Positions 29,920-40,025 of a DNA stretch of 64,000 nt are shown piece after piece. The stretch's first letter is position 1. The number at the start of each line of letters is the position of its first letter. The position numbers were made by a program, and so were the translations under genes. The notes beneath the pieces were generated by a model that saw nothing but the letters and a program-made list of their open reading frames with translations, did no database searches and was not told the origin of the DNA. The DNA is from Candidatus Obscuribacterales bacterium (GTDB lineage Bacteria > Cyanobacteriota > Vampirovibrionia > Obscuribacterales > Obscuribacteraceae): the NCBI GenBank assembly GCA_965228855.1, contig CBDDIJ010000003.1:2784001-2848000 (forward strand). The letters run 5' to 3'.

Positions 29920-30932
29920 TCGAAATAGACGGAAGCCTCGGTGAGGGTGGCGGACAAATAGTCCGCTCGTCTCTCGCGCTGTCCATCATAACCGGAAAAC
30001 CTTTCCGCATAAGACAAGTACGCGCCAATAGGTCAAAACCAGGTCTGTTGAATCAGCACCTGACGGCGGTCAATGCGGCTGTGAAGATATCCGGCGCCGA
30101 CACCAGCGGAGTTAAGCTCGGGTCAACGAATTTCACTTTCTCACCTGGTCCTTGCGTACCTGGCGATTACACTTTCTCCAACGGCACTGCCGGCAGTACC
30201 ACACTCGTATTTCAAACTGTTTTGCCGCCCTTGATGATAGCGAACTCGGCGAGTTCAATCACCCTCGATGGTGGCACTCACAACCCGATGGCGCCGCCAT
30301 TCGAATTTCTGCGCGACACATTCCTTCCAGCACTTAAAGAGATGGGCGTAAGTGTCAAAGCGAATTTAAAGCGCTACGGTTTCTACCCCAAAGGCGGCGG
30401 CACTCTGCATTTCGAAATTCAGCCAGCGGAGACAATGACGCCCATTCATCTGGCCGAAAAAGAAGGTATCAAATCTGTCAACGCCCAGGCTCTTGTAGTC
30501 AAGCTTCCGGAAGACATCGGTCACCGTGAATTGAAAACGCTGAAGGCGAAGCTTTCACGACTGGACCACGCGAAAGTAACAGCGGTGGATGAAGGCGTTT
30601 CACAAGGCAACGTCGTGATAGTGCAAGTGAAAACCGGTGCACTCACGGAAACCATAACCGCGATAGGCGAGCGCGGTTTGAAGGCTGAACTGGTCGCTGA
30701 CGCAGCTGCGCTTGAAACCAATCAATATTTATCAAATAGCGCCGCAGTCGGAGAGCACCTCGCCGATCAACTTTTGATTCCAATGGCCCTTGCCGGTGAA
30801 GGTTCTTTCATAACTTCCGTTCTCTCGAGCCACACCACAACTAACATTGATGTGATCCAAAAATTTCTCGATATCAATATCAAAACAAAACAGCTCGGCG
30901 ATTCACAATGGAAGATCGAAGTATTCAAGTAG
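29916..30932 (+). CDS. rtcA: RNA 3'-terminal phosphate cyclase
   Basis: IDGSLGEGGGQIVRS, RANRSKPGL..QH, GGTHNPMAP, GFYPKGGG, HLADQLL. Confidence 0.93.
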   Translation: MIEIDGSLGEGGGQIVRSSLALSIITGKPFRIRQVRANRSKPGLLNQHLTAVNAAVKISGADTSGVKLGSTNFTFSPGPCVPGDYTFSNGTAGSTTLVFQTVLPPLMIANSASSITLDGGTHNPMAPPFEFLRDTFLPALKEMGVSVKANLKRYGFYPKGGGTLHFEIQPAETMTPIHLAEKEGIKSVNAQALVVKLPEDIGHRELKTLKAKLSRLDHAKVTAVDEGVSQGNVVIVQVKTGALTETITAIGERGLKAELVADAAALETNQYLSNSAAVGEHLADQLLIPMALAGEGSFITSVLSSHTTTNIDVIQKFLDINIKTKQLGDSQWKIEVFK

Positions 30933-31083
30933 TGAGATCACATTAAAAACCGCTCAGCATCTATGATTTCGTACATCTTCGTTACATCGCTATTAAGGAT
31001 TTTGGTAAAAATTTCGGTTTCTTCTTAACTCATACATACAATGTTCTTTCGATCAGGTGTCAGACCGCCGGAGGAAACAGGCT

Positions 31084-31866
31084 TTGAAGATCGCAGTATG
31101 TGTGAAATCAGTCCCCGATACGGAAACAAAAATCAGCATCGCAGCGGACAAAAAGAACATCGAATTGAACGGTGTACGTTTTATCACCAGCCCCTTTGAT
31201 GAATTCGCAATCGAAGAAGCTATCAAGCTCAAAGAGAAAAACGGTGGAGAAACCGTTGCCATCTCTGTCGGCGGCAAAGAAGTAACTGACGTTCTAAGAG
31301 ACAGCCTGGCGCGCGGCATCGACTCAGCAGTGCATGTTGACGACCCGGACCTAACCTGGCTCGACCCCCTCAGCACAGCAAAGGTTCTTGCTGCTGCCAT
31401 CAAAGATGGTGGCTACGACGTTGTGCTCTGCGGACAGCAAGGTGTCGGCGGAGACAACTCGCAGGTCCCCTCGATTCTCGCTGAGCTTCTCAACATTCCG
31501 CAAGTAACCCTGGTTGTAAAACTTGAAATCGACGGCACGAAATTCAGAGCGGAGCGTGAAATCGAAGGCGCTCACGAATTCGTAGAAGGCTCACTACCGG
31601 CTGTATTCAGCGCTCAGAAAGGCTTGAACGAGCCCCGCTACCCCTCCATCAAAGGCGTCATGGCAGCACGCAGAAAAGAGATCGCAGTAAAAAATGCTGA
31701 AGCTCTCGGCATCAAAGGCACTGTAGGTGGTGACAATCGCAAAGTCGTCATCAAAGAAATGACGTTGCCGCCGGACCGAGGTCAAGGACGCCGTCTCGAA
31801 GGCGATGTTGACGCTCAAGTCAAAACGCTCGTAGACCTGCTTCGCAAAGAAGCACACGTTATCTAA
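31084..31866 (+). CDS. etfB: Electron transfer flavoprotein beta subunit
   Basis: KIAVCVKSVPDT, PFDEFAIEEA, LNEPRYPS; TTG start at 31084 with GGAGG RBS at 31070. Confidence 0.92.
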   Translation: MKIAVCVKSVPDTETKISIAADKKNIELNGVRFITSPFDEFAIEEAIKLKEKNGGETVAISVGGKEVTDVLRDSLARGIDSAVHVDDPDLTWLDPLSTAKVLAAAIKDGGYDVVLCGQQGVGGDNSQVPSILAELLNIPQVTLVVKLEIDGTKFRAEREIEGAHEFVEGSLPAVFSAQKGLNEPRYPSIKGVMAARRKEIAVKNAEALGIKGTVGGDNRKVVIKEMTLPPDRGQGRRLEGDVDAQVKTLVDLLRKEAHVI

Positions 31867-31898
31867 TTGCCGTCGCCAAGAAATTCAGGAGATAAAAA

Positions 31899-32879
31899 AT
31901 GAGTCAAGGTATTCTGGTTTTCATCGAACAACGCAACGGTCAAATCCGCAAAGCAAGTCTCGAAGCCCTTTGTGAAGCACAAAAGCACGCCGGACTTTCA
32001 GGTGGCAGCGTCACCGCTCTCATCATCGGCGAAAACGTCAAAGGTTTGACAGCCGAAGTAGGCAAGTACAATCCAACAAAAATTCTGGTTGCGGACGGCG
32101 CCGAATTCGGCTCCTACTCAGCAGAAGCTTACACCGAAGCATTGGCCGAGGCTGTTAAGAAAACCGACCCGCGTTTCGTCTTCGCGGCGCAAACCGCAAT
32201 GGCAAGAGATTTCCTCCCGCGCGCAGCAGCACGTTGCGACGCACCGGTGATCTCTGACGTCATGAGCTTTATCGTTGATGGCGACAAACTCGGACCGGTC
32301 CGTCCAATGTACTCGGGCAAGTGCTTCGGGCAATACGAAATCAATAGCCCGCTCGCTTTCATCACAGTTCGCCCTAACGTATTCCCAGTCTCCGCGCCTG
32401 ACGCCTCAGCCGCACCAGCCGTCGAAGACCTGGCAATCAAGCCGGAAAACATCAGAGCGAAAGTTGTCGAAACCCACAAATCCGAAGGTTCCAAAATCGA
32501 ACTCAGCGAAGCTTCGATTGTCGTCGCAGGCGGTCGTGGCATCAAAGGTCCGGAAAACTGGGGCGTGCTCGAAGAGCTCTGCGACGCTCTCGGCGCAGCG
32601 CTAGCAGCATCGCGTGCGGTAGTTGACGCAGGATGGATCGACCACCAACATCAGGTCGGACAAACAGGTAAGGTCGTAAGCCCGCAACTCTACATCGCTT
32701 GCGGAATCTCCGGCGCGATTCAACACCTCGCCGGTATGTCTTCATCCAAAGTAATTGTCGCAATCAACAAAGATGCTGAAGCTCCGATCTTCAAACACGC
32801 CACCTACGGTGTGGTTGGTGATATCTTCGAGGTTGTGCCGAAACTCACAGCCGAGATCAAGAACCTCCAGAACAACTAA
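31899..32879 (+). CDS. etfA: Electron transfer flavoprotein alpha subunit
   Basis: VVAGGRG, ASRAVVDAGW, QVGQTGK, YIACGISGAIQHLAGM, AINKDAEAPIF. Confidence 0.95.
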   Translation: MSQGILVFIEQRNGQIRKASLEALCEAQKHAGLSGGSVTALIIGENVKGLTAEVGKYNPTKILVADGAEFGSYSAEAYTEALAEAVKKTDPRFVFAAQTAMARDFLPRAAARCDAPVISDVMSFIVDGDKLGPVRPMYSGKCFGQYEINSPLAFITVRPNVFPVSAPDASAAPAVEDLAIKPENIRAKVVETHKSEGSKIELSEASIVVAGGRGIKGPENWGVLEELCDALGAALAASRAVVDAGWIDHQHQVGQTGKVVSPQLYIACGISGAIQHLAGMSSSKVIVAINKDAEAPIFKHATYGVVGDIFEVVPKLTAEIKNLQNN

Positions 32880-32952
32880 CTCGCAACTGTTTAAAACGTG
32901 AGGCTGTCTCGACAGCAACGTTGGAACAAAAACGCGAAAGTCAAAATGCAAG

Positions 32953-32979
32953 AAGGGTCGAGAATGTCTCGACCCTTTT
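32953..32979 (+). terminator. Rho-independent terminator after etfA
   Basis: AAGGGTCGAGA/TCTCGACCCTT 11-bp stem followed by a T run. Confidence 0.8.
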
Positions 32980-33058
32980 CGCTCACTCACGAAAAATTAT
33001 TAGTGGAAACCGTTTCGAAGACTGGAAATAGCTATCTGAAAACAGTTTCGCCGAATAC

Positions 33059-33739
33059 CTAGAACGCGCTGCGGCGAGGCATTTGACGCTCCTGCCGATG
33101 GTCAGTGCGATCTCTCGGCATGCGTTGAATATCATCAACACGGCTTCCACCAGCCTGCCCGGTTCTGCTCACGGAATCGGTTTTGTCTTTCGTGTCGCCG
33201 CTTACTTTCGGTTCGATCTTGGCTTTCTCGTCAGCTTTCTTCTCTGCCGCTTTGTCCTTAGCCTTCTCGTTCTCTAAATCTTTGTCTTTGCTTTTGTCCT
33301 TGTCTTTGTCTTTGACACTCTCGTTCTTATCCTTGCCTTCGTTCTTATCCTTCTCTTCGTTTTTATCCTTACCTTCGCTCTTATCCTTCTCTTCGTTCTT
33401 ATCCTTACCTTCGCACTTATCCTTACTCAGTTCTTTCTCAACGATGCTGTTCTTGTCCTTGCCGTCAGCCTTTTCTGCGGACTTCAGGTCGATGAACTTA
33501 CCGTCGGCGCTCTTACCGTCCTTGTTACTAACATCACGACTGTCCAAACTGACCTTCAAATCCGTCTTGAAGATGTTGTCAAATTCTAGGCTATCAGTGT
33601 TGCGCCCGTTGTCGCGTGAATCACGATTGGAGGATGCAGAACTATTTTTCGCCATTTCCTCGAACACTTCATTGTGAAGACCGGAGTTGGAGCTCGATGA
33701 CACAGCTTCTTTTTTGTTCTCGAGTTGTTCGATGTTCAT
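33059..33739 (-). CDS. Hypothetical highly charged low-complexity protein (E-G/E-K-D-K-N/S repeats)
   Basis: ORF with GAGGA RBS before ATG 33739; 18-bp coding repeats at ~33290-33430. Confidence 0.6.
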   Translation of the reverse strand: MNIEQLENKKEAVSSSSNSGLHNEVFEEMAKNSSASSNRDSRDNGRNTDSLEFDNIFKTDLKVSLDSRDVSNKDGKSADGKFIDLKSAEKADGKDKNSIVEKELSKDKCEGKDKNEEKDKSEGKDKNEEKDKNEGKDKNESVKDKDKDKSKDKDLENEKAKDKAAEKKADEKAKIEPKVSGDTKDKTDSVSRTGQAGGSRVDDIQRMPRDRTDHRQERQMPRRSAF

Positions 33740-33962
33740 TTGGGAAATCCTCATAGAAACGCAATAGGAAAGTGAGCACACCACCTGCGATACCAGTCAC
33801 TTGCTCGGTACTTTGCGGCGCTCGGTGGCGGTTGGTGACTCTATTAACCGCGATCCAATGTGAAAACAATGTGAGCACTCAAATCAGCGCACCTGTTTGC
33901 GTTTCGAGAGAGCGCTACCGGACATTGTTCAAAACGGGATTAGTAAAACCTTGCATTCATCA

Positions 33963-34640
33963 TTACGATTTCGATTGCACCACGTAACCGAAACCGCGAT
34001 TAGTTTTCACAAAATCATCCATGCCAATCTTGGCCAGTTTGAACCGAAGCGTCTTCATACAGGTACGAACCGAATCCTCGGACCCTTCACTCTCGGAAGA
34101 CCAAATGGCAGTCAGCAACTGCTTCGCAGAGTAGTGAGTATCCGGATGCTTCATCATATATTCCAACAGTGAACATTCTGTAGGCATCAATTGAATCTGT
34201 TTTGCACCGGAGTAAACGGTTCGCGTACTAACCTCCAGTTGAACACCATTTACCTGGAGTTTCTCCGACAAAACCGCAGCCGGACGGCGCAGCAAGCTGC
34301 GAACGCGAGCCGCTAGTTCGCGAATCTCGAATGGTTTTATCAGAAAATCATCCGCACCGGAGTCTAAACCAGACTCCTTATAATTGATATCACTCTGAGC
34401 GGTAAGAAACAAAATAGGAGTCTGTCCGCCATTTTTTCTAAACTGCCGACAGACGTCCAGCCCACTCATACCCGGCAAATTCCAGTCGAGCACAATCAGG
34501 TCATAGCTAAAACTGGACAATAGCTGCATGCCGTCTTCGCCTGAGCTTGCCGCTTCGCAAACATAACCTTGCTCGCGAAACCAGGACGTTAATTGATCGG
34601 CAATTGCCGCATCATCCTCAACTATCAATAGTTTTGCCAT
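33963..34640 (-). CDS. OmpR family response regulator (orphan)
   Basis: LIVEDD, LDWNLPGMSG, GADDFLIKPF, C-terminal winged helix TNRGFGY. Confidence 0.9.
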   Translation of the reverse strand: MAKLLIVEDDAAIADQLTSWFREQGYVCEAASSGEDGMQLLSSFSYDLIVLDWNLPGMSGLDVCRQFRKNGGQTPILFLTAQSDINYKESGLDSGADDFLIKPFEIRELAARVRSLLRRPAAVLSEKLQVNGVQLEVSTRTVYSGAKQIQLMPTECSLLEYMMKHPDTHYSAKQLLTAIWSSESEGSEDSVRTCMKTLRFKLAKIGMDDFVKTNRGFGYVVQSKS

Positions 34641-34717
34641 TCGCCAGGGTCCGTGCTAGTTCCGAATAGGCGCTAATTCGACGAGCGCTAGTTTCGAACG
34701 CGTGCCAATTTCGAGTG

Positions 34718-35656
34718 CTATTTACGCTCGCGAACTCGTTTGAGAAACACACCATACTCGCGAATGTAATCGTTTGCATCATAGTATTCAGACGCAAAAA
34801 CTAGCAGCACCGCATCTTCCGAATACTTGTATTGAATTCCCCAGGTCATCGCCGGCAGGAATAATCCGAGGTTTGGTTTATCCAAAAGAAACTGCTCGCG
34901 ACGCTCGCCATCATCAGCAACTACTTGAACCGAGCCCTTCACTGCGATCAAAAACTGGTGGCACGTGATGTGCGCATGTTCGCCGCGCGTTTTCTCAGTC
35001 GGAACATCGTAAACCAAAAAATATCTCTTAGGCGAAAACGGAATGTCGCGCTCGAACTCGCCCACGGACAGGGCGCCGCGCATATCGTTTACCGCTTTGA
35101 AATAATGCAGTTGCACACCCGCGACAGCCGACTTACGAATTCCAAAGTCCGGCGTCGTTGATGTTTCCTTCTCGTCCATCGTGGACGTGTCGGTATCTGC
35201 GTAACCAATAATCTTTGCAGGATTGCCGACGACAATAGCATTCGGCGGGACGGAACGCGTTACAACCGCGCCGGCGCCAATCATGGCGTTGCGCCCGATT
35301 CGAATTCCGGGAAGAATCGTCGCGTTCGCACCGATCGAGGCGCCCTCCTCGACCACGATTCGCAAGAATTCATCAGGATAAACCTTACTGCGCGGTCGCT
35401 TGTCATTGGTGAAAGTGGCGTTCGGTCCAACAAAAACATTGTCCTCGAGCGTTATGCCGTCCCAAATCTGGACGCCACACTTGATAGTGACATTGTTGCC
35501 AAGCTTGACGTCGTTCTCGATAAAAACACCGTCGCAGATGTTGCAGTTGGAGCCGATAACCGCGCCGGGTAAAACGTGAGCAAACGCCCAGACCTTGGTG
35601 TCAGCACCAACGTTTGCGGACTCACAGATCCCCTTTTCATGTACGAAGAAATTCAT
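34718..35656 (-). CDS. wxcM: WxcM-like bifunctional sugar N-acyltransferase / 3,4-ketoisomerase (FdtC-FdtA type)
   Basis: Hexapeptide acetyltransferase N-terminus ([23 protein letters not shown]) plus cupin C-terminus ([22 protein letters not shown]). Confidence 0.85.
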   Translation of the reverse strand: MNFFVHEKGICESANVGADTKVWAFAHVLPGAVIGSNCNICDGVFIENDVKLGNNVTIKCGVQIWDGITLEDNVFVGPNATFTNDKRPRSKVYPDEFLRIVVEEGASIGANATILPGIRIGRNAMIGAGAVVTRSVPPNAIVVGNPAKIIGYADTDTSTMDEKETSTTPDFGIRKSAVAGVQLHYFKAVNDMRGALSVGEFERDIPFSPKRYFLVYDVPTEKTRGEHAHITCHQFLIAVKGSVQVVADDGERREQFLLDKPNLGLFLPAMTWGIQYKYSEDAVLLVFASEYYDANDYIREYGVFLKRVRERK

Positions 35657-35763
35657 TTGGTTTCACTGCCGATAGGTACCTCCAATAATATACGTCCTTG
35701 AAGACCATTTGTGCGTGCGGTTCAATAAGCGTAAATGATTGAAAAAACGATTCAGTCCTGATT

Positions 35764-35817
35764 AATTCTCCCAAAATGGGAGAAAACCATTGCGAAAATT
35801 CTCCCAAAATGGGAGAA
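35764..35817. promoter_or_regulatory. Two identical palindromic operators upstream of higBA
   Basis: AATTCTCCCAAAATGGGAGAA at 35764-35784 and 35797-35817; core inverted repeat TTCTCCCA-AAA-TGGGAGAA. Confidence 0.75.
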
Positions 35818-35844
35818 TAGATGTTAGTTGGGGCCACAATCCGT

Positions 35845-36153
35845 ATGAAGATCAACCACTGGGGCAGGGCGCGCCAATTCATCAAAGACCACCCTGAAGC
35901 AGCTAACCCTTTGCGAAACTGGAAGAAGTCCGTCGTCGAAGCCACTTGGACCAGCTTTCCAGAAATCAAAGAGACGTTCAACAGTGTCGATTGGTACGGG
36001 GGAGCGATCATCTTTAACATTGCTGGCAACAACCTCCGACTGATTGCTATCTGCCGCTTTGAATTAGGCCGACTGTACATCGACAAAGTATTGACGCATG
36101 AAGAATACGATAAAGGCGCCTGGAGAAAGCGTTACGATAAGAAAAAGAAATAG
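35845..36153 (+). CDS. higB: Type II TA toxin, HigB family
   Basis: W..F.EIK.TF.SVD...IIFNIAGNNLRLI...VLTHEEYDK; toxin-first gene order; start 35845 (alternative 35821). Confidence 0.88.
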   Translation: MKINHWGRARQFIKDHPEAANPLRNWKKSVVEATWTSFPEIKETFNSVDWYGGAIIFNIAGNNLRLIAICRFELGRLYIDKVLTHEEYDKGAWRKRYDKKKK

Positions 36154-36165
36154 CGGAGGTGACTA

Positions 36166-36588
36166 ATGAAACTAGTCTACAAGCCCGACAAGAAATACCT
36201 AGACTGCATCAAGCGATTTCCTCTGAAGCCACTGCGTTCAGATGAAGAAAACGAGATGGCCGCCAAAATTTGCGATGAACTCTTGGACAACTTCGATTCT
36301 CTATCGGAGCAAGAGCATGATTATTTTGAGGTTCTATCAAAGCTGGTCGAAGAATACGAATCACAATGGCAAGAAGAGAAGAATGTCGAACCCCGTGAGC
36401 TGATTGTTTTTCTCATGGAGCAAAATAAGCTCACTCAAACCGATTTAATACCGGAGTTTGGTAGTTCTTCTCGCGCTTCCGAATACTTGGCTGGTATGCG
36501 CGATTTATCGCTAAAGCAAATACTCAAACTTGCCAAACGGTTTCAATTATCTCCAACAGCATTCATCAGCAGAGAGCAAATGAAGTGA
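36166..36588 (+). CDS. higA: Type II TA antitoxin, HigA family (HTH)
   Basis: LVEEYE...FLMEQNKLTQTDL..FGSSSRASEYLAG.R.LS..QI..LA.RF. Confidence 0.88.
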   Translation: MKLVYKPDKKYLDCIKRFPLKPLRSDEENEMAAKICDELLDNFDSLSEQEHDYFEVLSKLVEEYESQWQEEKNVEPRELIVFLMEQNKLTQTDLIPEFGSSSRASEYLAGMRDLSLKQILKLAKRFQLSPTAFISREQMK

Positions 36589-36647
36589 ACTCAGAATCGC
36601 GCAAAGCCACTCGTTTTAACACAGGTAATTAAAGAAAGATATCGAGC

Positions 36648-37445
36648 TTAGACATTTGGCTGTACCAGCTTGAACAACTGGTCCTCCGGAAGTTCACTGG
36701 CGTAAACCACATCGATGCCCTGCCTGGAAAACATAACGAGATTGACATTTCCAACGCGTGAAATTGATGGCTGTTTGTCACCGAATCTATGGTTTGGTTC
36801 AAATTTTATAACCCCAGACGGCGCTTCGTAGCAGTCGATACAAATGTCACTGCCATCTTTTTTGAAACACATGCGGACAATTTCTTTGCCGTTCGCTTGA
36901 AGGATTTCAGCACCACCCAGGTTGTATGCAACCAGTTTCGCATCGATCAATGGAAAACCAACCTCGGCTTTTTGAGCCAGTTCTATAGAACGTGAAGAGA
37001 AACTGTCATCGTAGTTCTGCGAGTCCATGCCATGCGAAGTCTTGCTAATTAACTCATCAAGTGTCAAATCTTTGGATGCCTGAAGAGAAACAGTCTCGCC
37101 AGCGACAGTGTTGCGCCCTTGTAATTTCGGATTGGTCAAGAACGCGACGACAAGCACCAGAGGCAGAATGCATGCAACTGCAAGAAGCCACATATTTTTC
37201 CCGACAACGCTCTTTTCTTTTTCGACAAGATCAAGATTGAGTTTAATTTTCGATTCCAGATCCGTAGTTGGAGGAAACGTTTTGACAATATCTTTCACCC
37301 CTGAGCGAACAAGCAAGGCGCTATTCCAAATGCTTGAACAGCTTGTGCACTCACCGATGTGGCTGTTAAATAGAGCCGTTTGTTCAACAGTAAGTTCGTT
37401 GTCGAGCGCAGGCGAACAAAGCGCACGAGCCTCATCACAATTCAT
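36648..37445 (-). CDS. zf-HC2 (ZAS) transmembrane anti-sigma factor
   Basis: MNCDEA...LDNEL...HIGECTSC (HxxxCxxC), one TM helix; overlaps the sigma gene end. Confidence 0.88.
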   Translation of the reverse strand: MNCDEARALCSPALDNELTVEQTALFNSHIGECTSCSSIWNSALLVRSGVKDIVKTFPPTTDLESKIKLNLDLVEKEKSVVGKNMWLLAVACILPLVLVVAFLTNPKLQGRNTVAGETVSLQASKDLTLDELISKTSHGMDSQNYDDSFSSRSIELAQKAEVGFPLIDAKLVAYNLGGAEILQANGKEIVRMCFKKDGSDICIDCYEAPSGVIKFEPNHRFGDKQPSISRVGNVNLVMFSRQGIDVVYASELPEDQLFKLVQPNV

Positions 37446-38031
37446 TCGTTTGCTCCCCTCTGGGTAGGTTTTTACTCCGCGCGGACTCGGGAATTTCCTG
37501 TGCCGTCAAAAACTCGGCTAACGCTCTTCGGGCTCGATACAGCCGAGACATTACTGTTCCGATTGGTACACCTAATAGATCGGCGATATCTTGATATTTC
37601 ATATCACTGACTTCACGCATCACAAATGGTGTCGCAAACTGATCGGGTAATGATGCGATGGCGGCAGCAAGCAGATCGAGAGTGAAGTTCTGCGAAACCA
37701 ACTCGTCAGGACCTATTTGCTCATCGATCAAGCTTTCGACGAGACCGTCGTCTCCATCGAGAGTTAACAACGTTGGTCTTCCCTGCATGCTACTGACCCG
37801 ATCCTTGATTGTATTCAGAAGTATTGTGTAGAGCCACGAGCGCTCATTGGTTTCTTCCTTATACGAATCGATCGATCTGAATGCCTTCATGAACGTCTGT
37901 TGAACAACGTCTTCCGAGTCTTCATGACTGTTTAAACGAACTCGTGCGTATTTGTAAAACTCGCTCGAATATTTGCTGACCCAGAGACCAACCTTATCCT
38001 TTTTCGACTTCGTTCTTCGCCAGATATTCAT
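37435..38031 (-). CDS. ECF RNA polymerase sigma factor
   Basis: EDVVQQTFMKAF, RSWLYTIL, YQDIADLLGVPIGTVMSRLYRARRAL. Confidence 0.92.
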   Translation of the reverse strand: MNIWRRTKSKKDKVGLWVSKYSSEFYKYARVRLNSHEDSEDVVQQTFMKAFRSIDSYKEETNERSWLYTILLNTIKDRVSSMQGRPTLLTLDGDDGLVESLIDEQIGPDELVSQNFTLDLLAAAIASLPDQFATPFVMREVSDMKYQDIADLLGVPIGTVMSRLYRARRALAEFLTAQEIPESARSKNLPRGEQTNEL

Positions 38032-38046
38032 AGGATGACGCCGGTA

Positions 38047-39138
38047 CTATTTGAACGTCACGTGACAGCCTGTATTCCCGTGCTTGGCGAAATAGTCCTG
38101 GTGATATTCTTCCGCGGTATAAAACTTGTTGAATGGTTCCAGTGATGTGACGATTTTTCCGTTCACCTTTCCGGAGACTTGGTACTCAGCAATCTCTTTT
38201 TCTGCTTCTGCTTTTTCCTCTGGAGTTGAGTAGAAAATTGCCGACCTGTATTGATCGCCAATGTCGGGTCCCTGACGATTGACCGTTGTAGGGTCGTGCA
38301 GTTTCAAGAAATCAGTAACCAGCTGGTTGTAGGTGATCAATTTCGGGTCGAACACTACACGCACTGTTTCTGCGTGTCCTGTCCCGTGTTCGCATACTTG
38401 TGGATATGTTGGATTCTCTGTCTTTCCACCGGTGTAACCAACAGTGGTGCTCGCCACTCCGGCGGTTCCTTTCAAGATGTCCTCGACTCCCCAGAAGCAT
38501 CCTGCCGCGAAGTATGCTACGTCCTTGCCATTTTTTCTAACCTTATCATCGTCTGCGACTGTGTAAAACGGTTTATCAGCTTCTGCTGCGGTGTTAGGCT
38601 TCGCGGATGAACTCGCGACTGTTCCTTGCTTCTGATCAAAAGATAGAGAAGCTGAATTGATGCAAAAGCGCTTCCCAGTTGTTTTGGGTCCGTCGTCGAA
38701 AACATGTCCAAGGTGCGCTTCACACTTCGAGCAAACCACCTCATCGCGTTGCATGCCGTAACTGTTATCGGAGGCGACTTTGACGCTGCCTTTGTCTACT
38801 GGTCGGTCAAAACTTGGCCATCCCGTTCCAGAATCGAATTTATTGTCTGAAACAAACAACGGCTGACCGCAGTTAACACATTTGTACTCTCCAGCAGCGT
38901 GGTTGTCCCAATACTCTCCCGTGAAGGCGCGCTCGGTGCCTTTCTCTCGAGTGACGTGATACTGCAATGGTGTCAGCTTCTTTCTCAATTCCTCAGCAGG
39001 TATCTCGCTTATCTTTTTCGTCATGTTGTCCTTCTTCTCTGAAACAGGTTGGGGCTGCTGCGCGTTGGTGCTGGAGCATGAACTCAAAAAGATCAAGCAA
39101 ATGAGACTTGCAGCAAATGTATATTGACTTTTAGGCAT
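38047..39138 (-). CDS. msrAB: Exported bifunctional methionine sulfoxide reductase (MsrB-MsrA order), lipoprotein
   Basis: Lipobox LSSC; MsrB motifs ([30 protein letters not shown]) then MsrA motifs ([31 protein letters not shown]); start taken at ATG 39138. Confidence 0.92.
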   Translation of the reverse strand: MPKSQYTFAASLICLIFLSSCSSTNAQQPQPVSEKKDNMTKKISEIPAEELRKKLTPLQYHVTREKGTERAFTGEYWDNHAAGEYKCVNCGQPLFVSDNKFDSGTGWPSFDRPVDKGSVKVASDNSYGMQRDEVVCSKCEAHLGHVFDDGPKTTGKRFCINSASLSFDQKQGTVASSSAKPNTAAEADKPFYTVADDDKVRKNGKDVAYFAAGCFWGVEDILKGTAGVASTTVGYTGGKTENPTYPQVCEHGTGHAETVRVVFDPKLITYNQLVTDFLKLHDPTTVNRQGPDIGDQYRSAIFYSTPEEKAEAEKEIAEYQVSGKVNGKIVTSLEPFNKFYTAEEYHQDYFAKHGNTGCHVTFK

Positions 39139-39172
39139 CGGAGAATTCTTCCCTCGGCAGTGTTCGAGAGCT

Positions 39173-39200
39173 AATACCGGTGGGGTTCTGGTTTTATTCC
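39173..39200 (-). promoter_or_regulatory. Candidate ECF-sigma promoter for the msrAB-sigma-anti-sigma operon
   Basis: Minus strand reads GGAAT-N18-GTATT, ending ~35 nt before the msrAB ATG; resembles SigR/SigH-type GGAAT-N18-GTT. Confidence 0.5.
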
Positions 39201-39334
39201 CGGTCAAATATTAATTCTTAAAACCGCAGACAAGTCAGTTCGCCAAAACGCTTTCCCGACCCGACCTGTATTTTAAACCGGAAGTCACCACCCATGGAGC
39301 TACAGTTCACTCAATTCGACACCGTTTTACTTTT

Positions 39335-39949
39335 TCACCATGAGTAAATTTCCACATCCTCTCGTACTTGCAAATCGGGGCCTTCGTCAAACTCGATGTC
39401 CGCGTAAATCTCATTCATCGTTATCGTGACCGTGTCATCTTGTAAGTCCAGCTCAAGAGATTCGCCGCTACCAATCACTTGAACGGTCCATTCATCATCG
39501 ACCTTTCGAAATATTTCCAGTAGTTTTCTCGTTTGGTGAACGATCACGTAATGCGTTACCGAAACCACATGCCTATATGCGACGAGCTTTTCACGTCGTT
39601 CTGTTGATGCTGTGGAACGAGAAAGTACTTCGAATATTACCGTTGGTGTTTTCGTATAAACGCTCTTCTTATCAAATGCGCCACAGTCGATCATCAAATC
39701 CGGATAGTAGAAACAGTTCAAATCTTCGATGCGAACCTTCATATCTGAAATGTAGACGGTGCATCCCTTTCCCTGAAGTTTAGCGCGGAGAGACGTGGCA
39801 ATATTTAAAGCGATTACGTTGTGGGCTGCAGAGCCTCCGGTCATCGCGAAAACTTGCCCATCGACATATTCGTGTCTCTGCTTTTCCGCCGCTTCAAAGA
39901 TCAGGTATTGCTCAGGCGTGAGGTTCGATAGCTTTTGCTGCTTTCCCAC
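39335..39949 (-). CDS. Uma2 family PD-(D/E)xK endonuclease-like protein
   Basis: RHEYVDGQVFAMTGGS..HN.I, YYPDLMI, IFEVLSRST...ERREKL..Y. Confidence 0.9.
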   Translation of the reverse strand: MGKQQKLSNLTPEQYLIFEAAEKQRHEYVDGQVFAMTGGSAAHNVIALNIATSLRAKLQGKGCTVYISDMKVRIEDLNCFYYPDLMIDCGAFDKKSVYTKTPTVIFEVLSRSTASTERREKLVAYRHVVSVTHYVIVHQTRKLLEIFRKVDDEWTVQVIGSGESLELDLQDDTVTITMNEIYADIEFDEGPDLQVREDVEIYSW

Positions 39950-40025
39950 GGCACATTCCTCTTCGATCACCGATGAGTAAATTATACGGTGAACCGATCC
40001 AAATTTTGAGCTTAGCTATTTCGAT

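Noticed and set aside
6039..30932. mrnC, rnd, rph and rtcA as an RNA-processing system linked to the retron
   Set aside because: They are scattered over 25 kb in separate operons and are ordinary housekeeping genes.
33183..33677. 164-aa Leu/Ser/Phe-rich + strand ORF
   Set aside because: It is the antisense mirror of the Lys/Asp/Glu repeat protein, which has a proper RBS.
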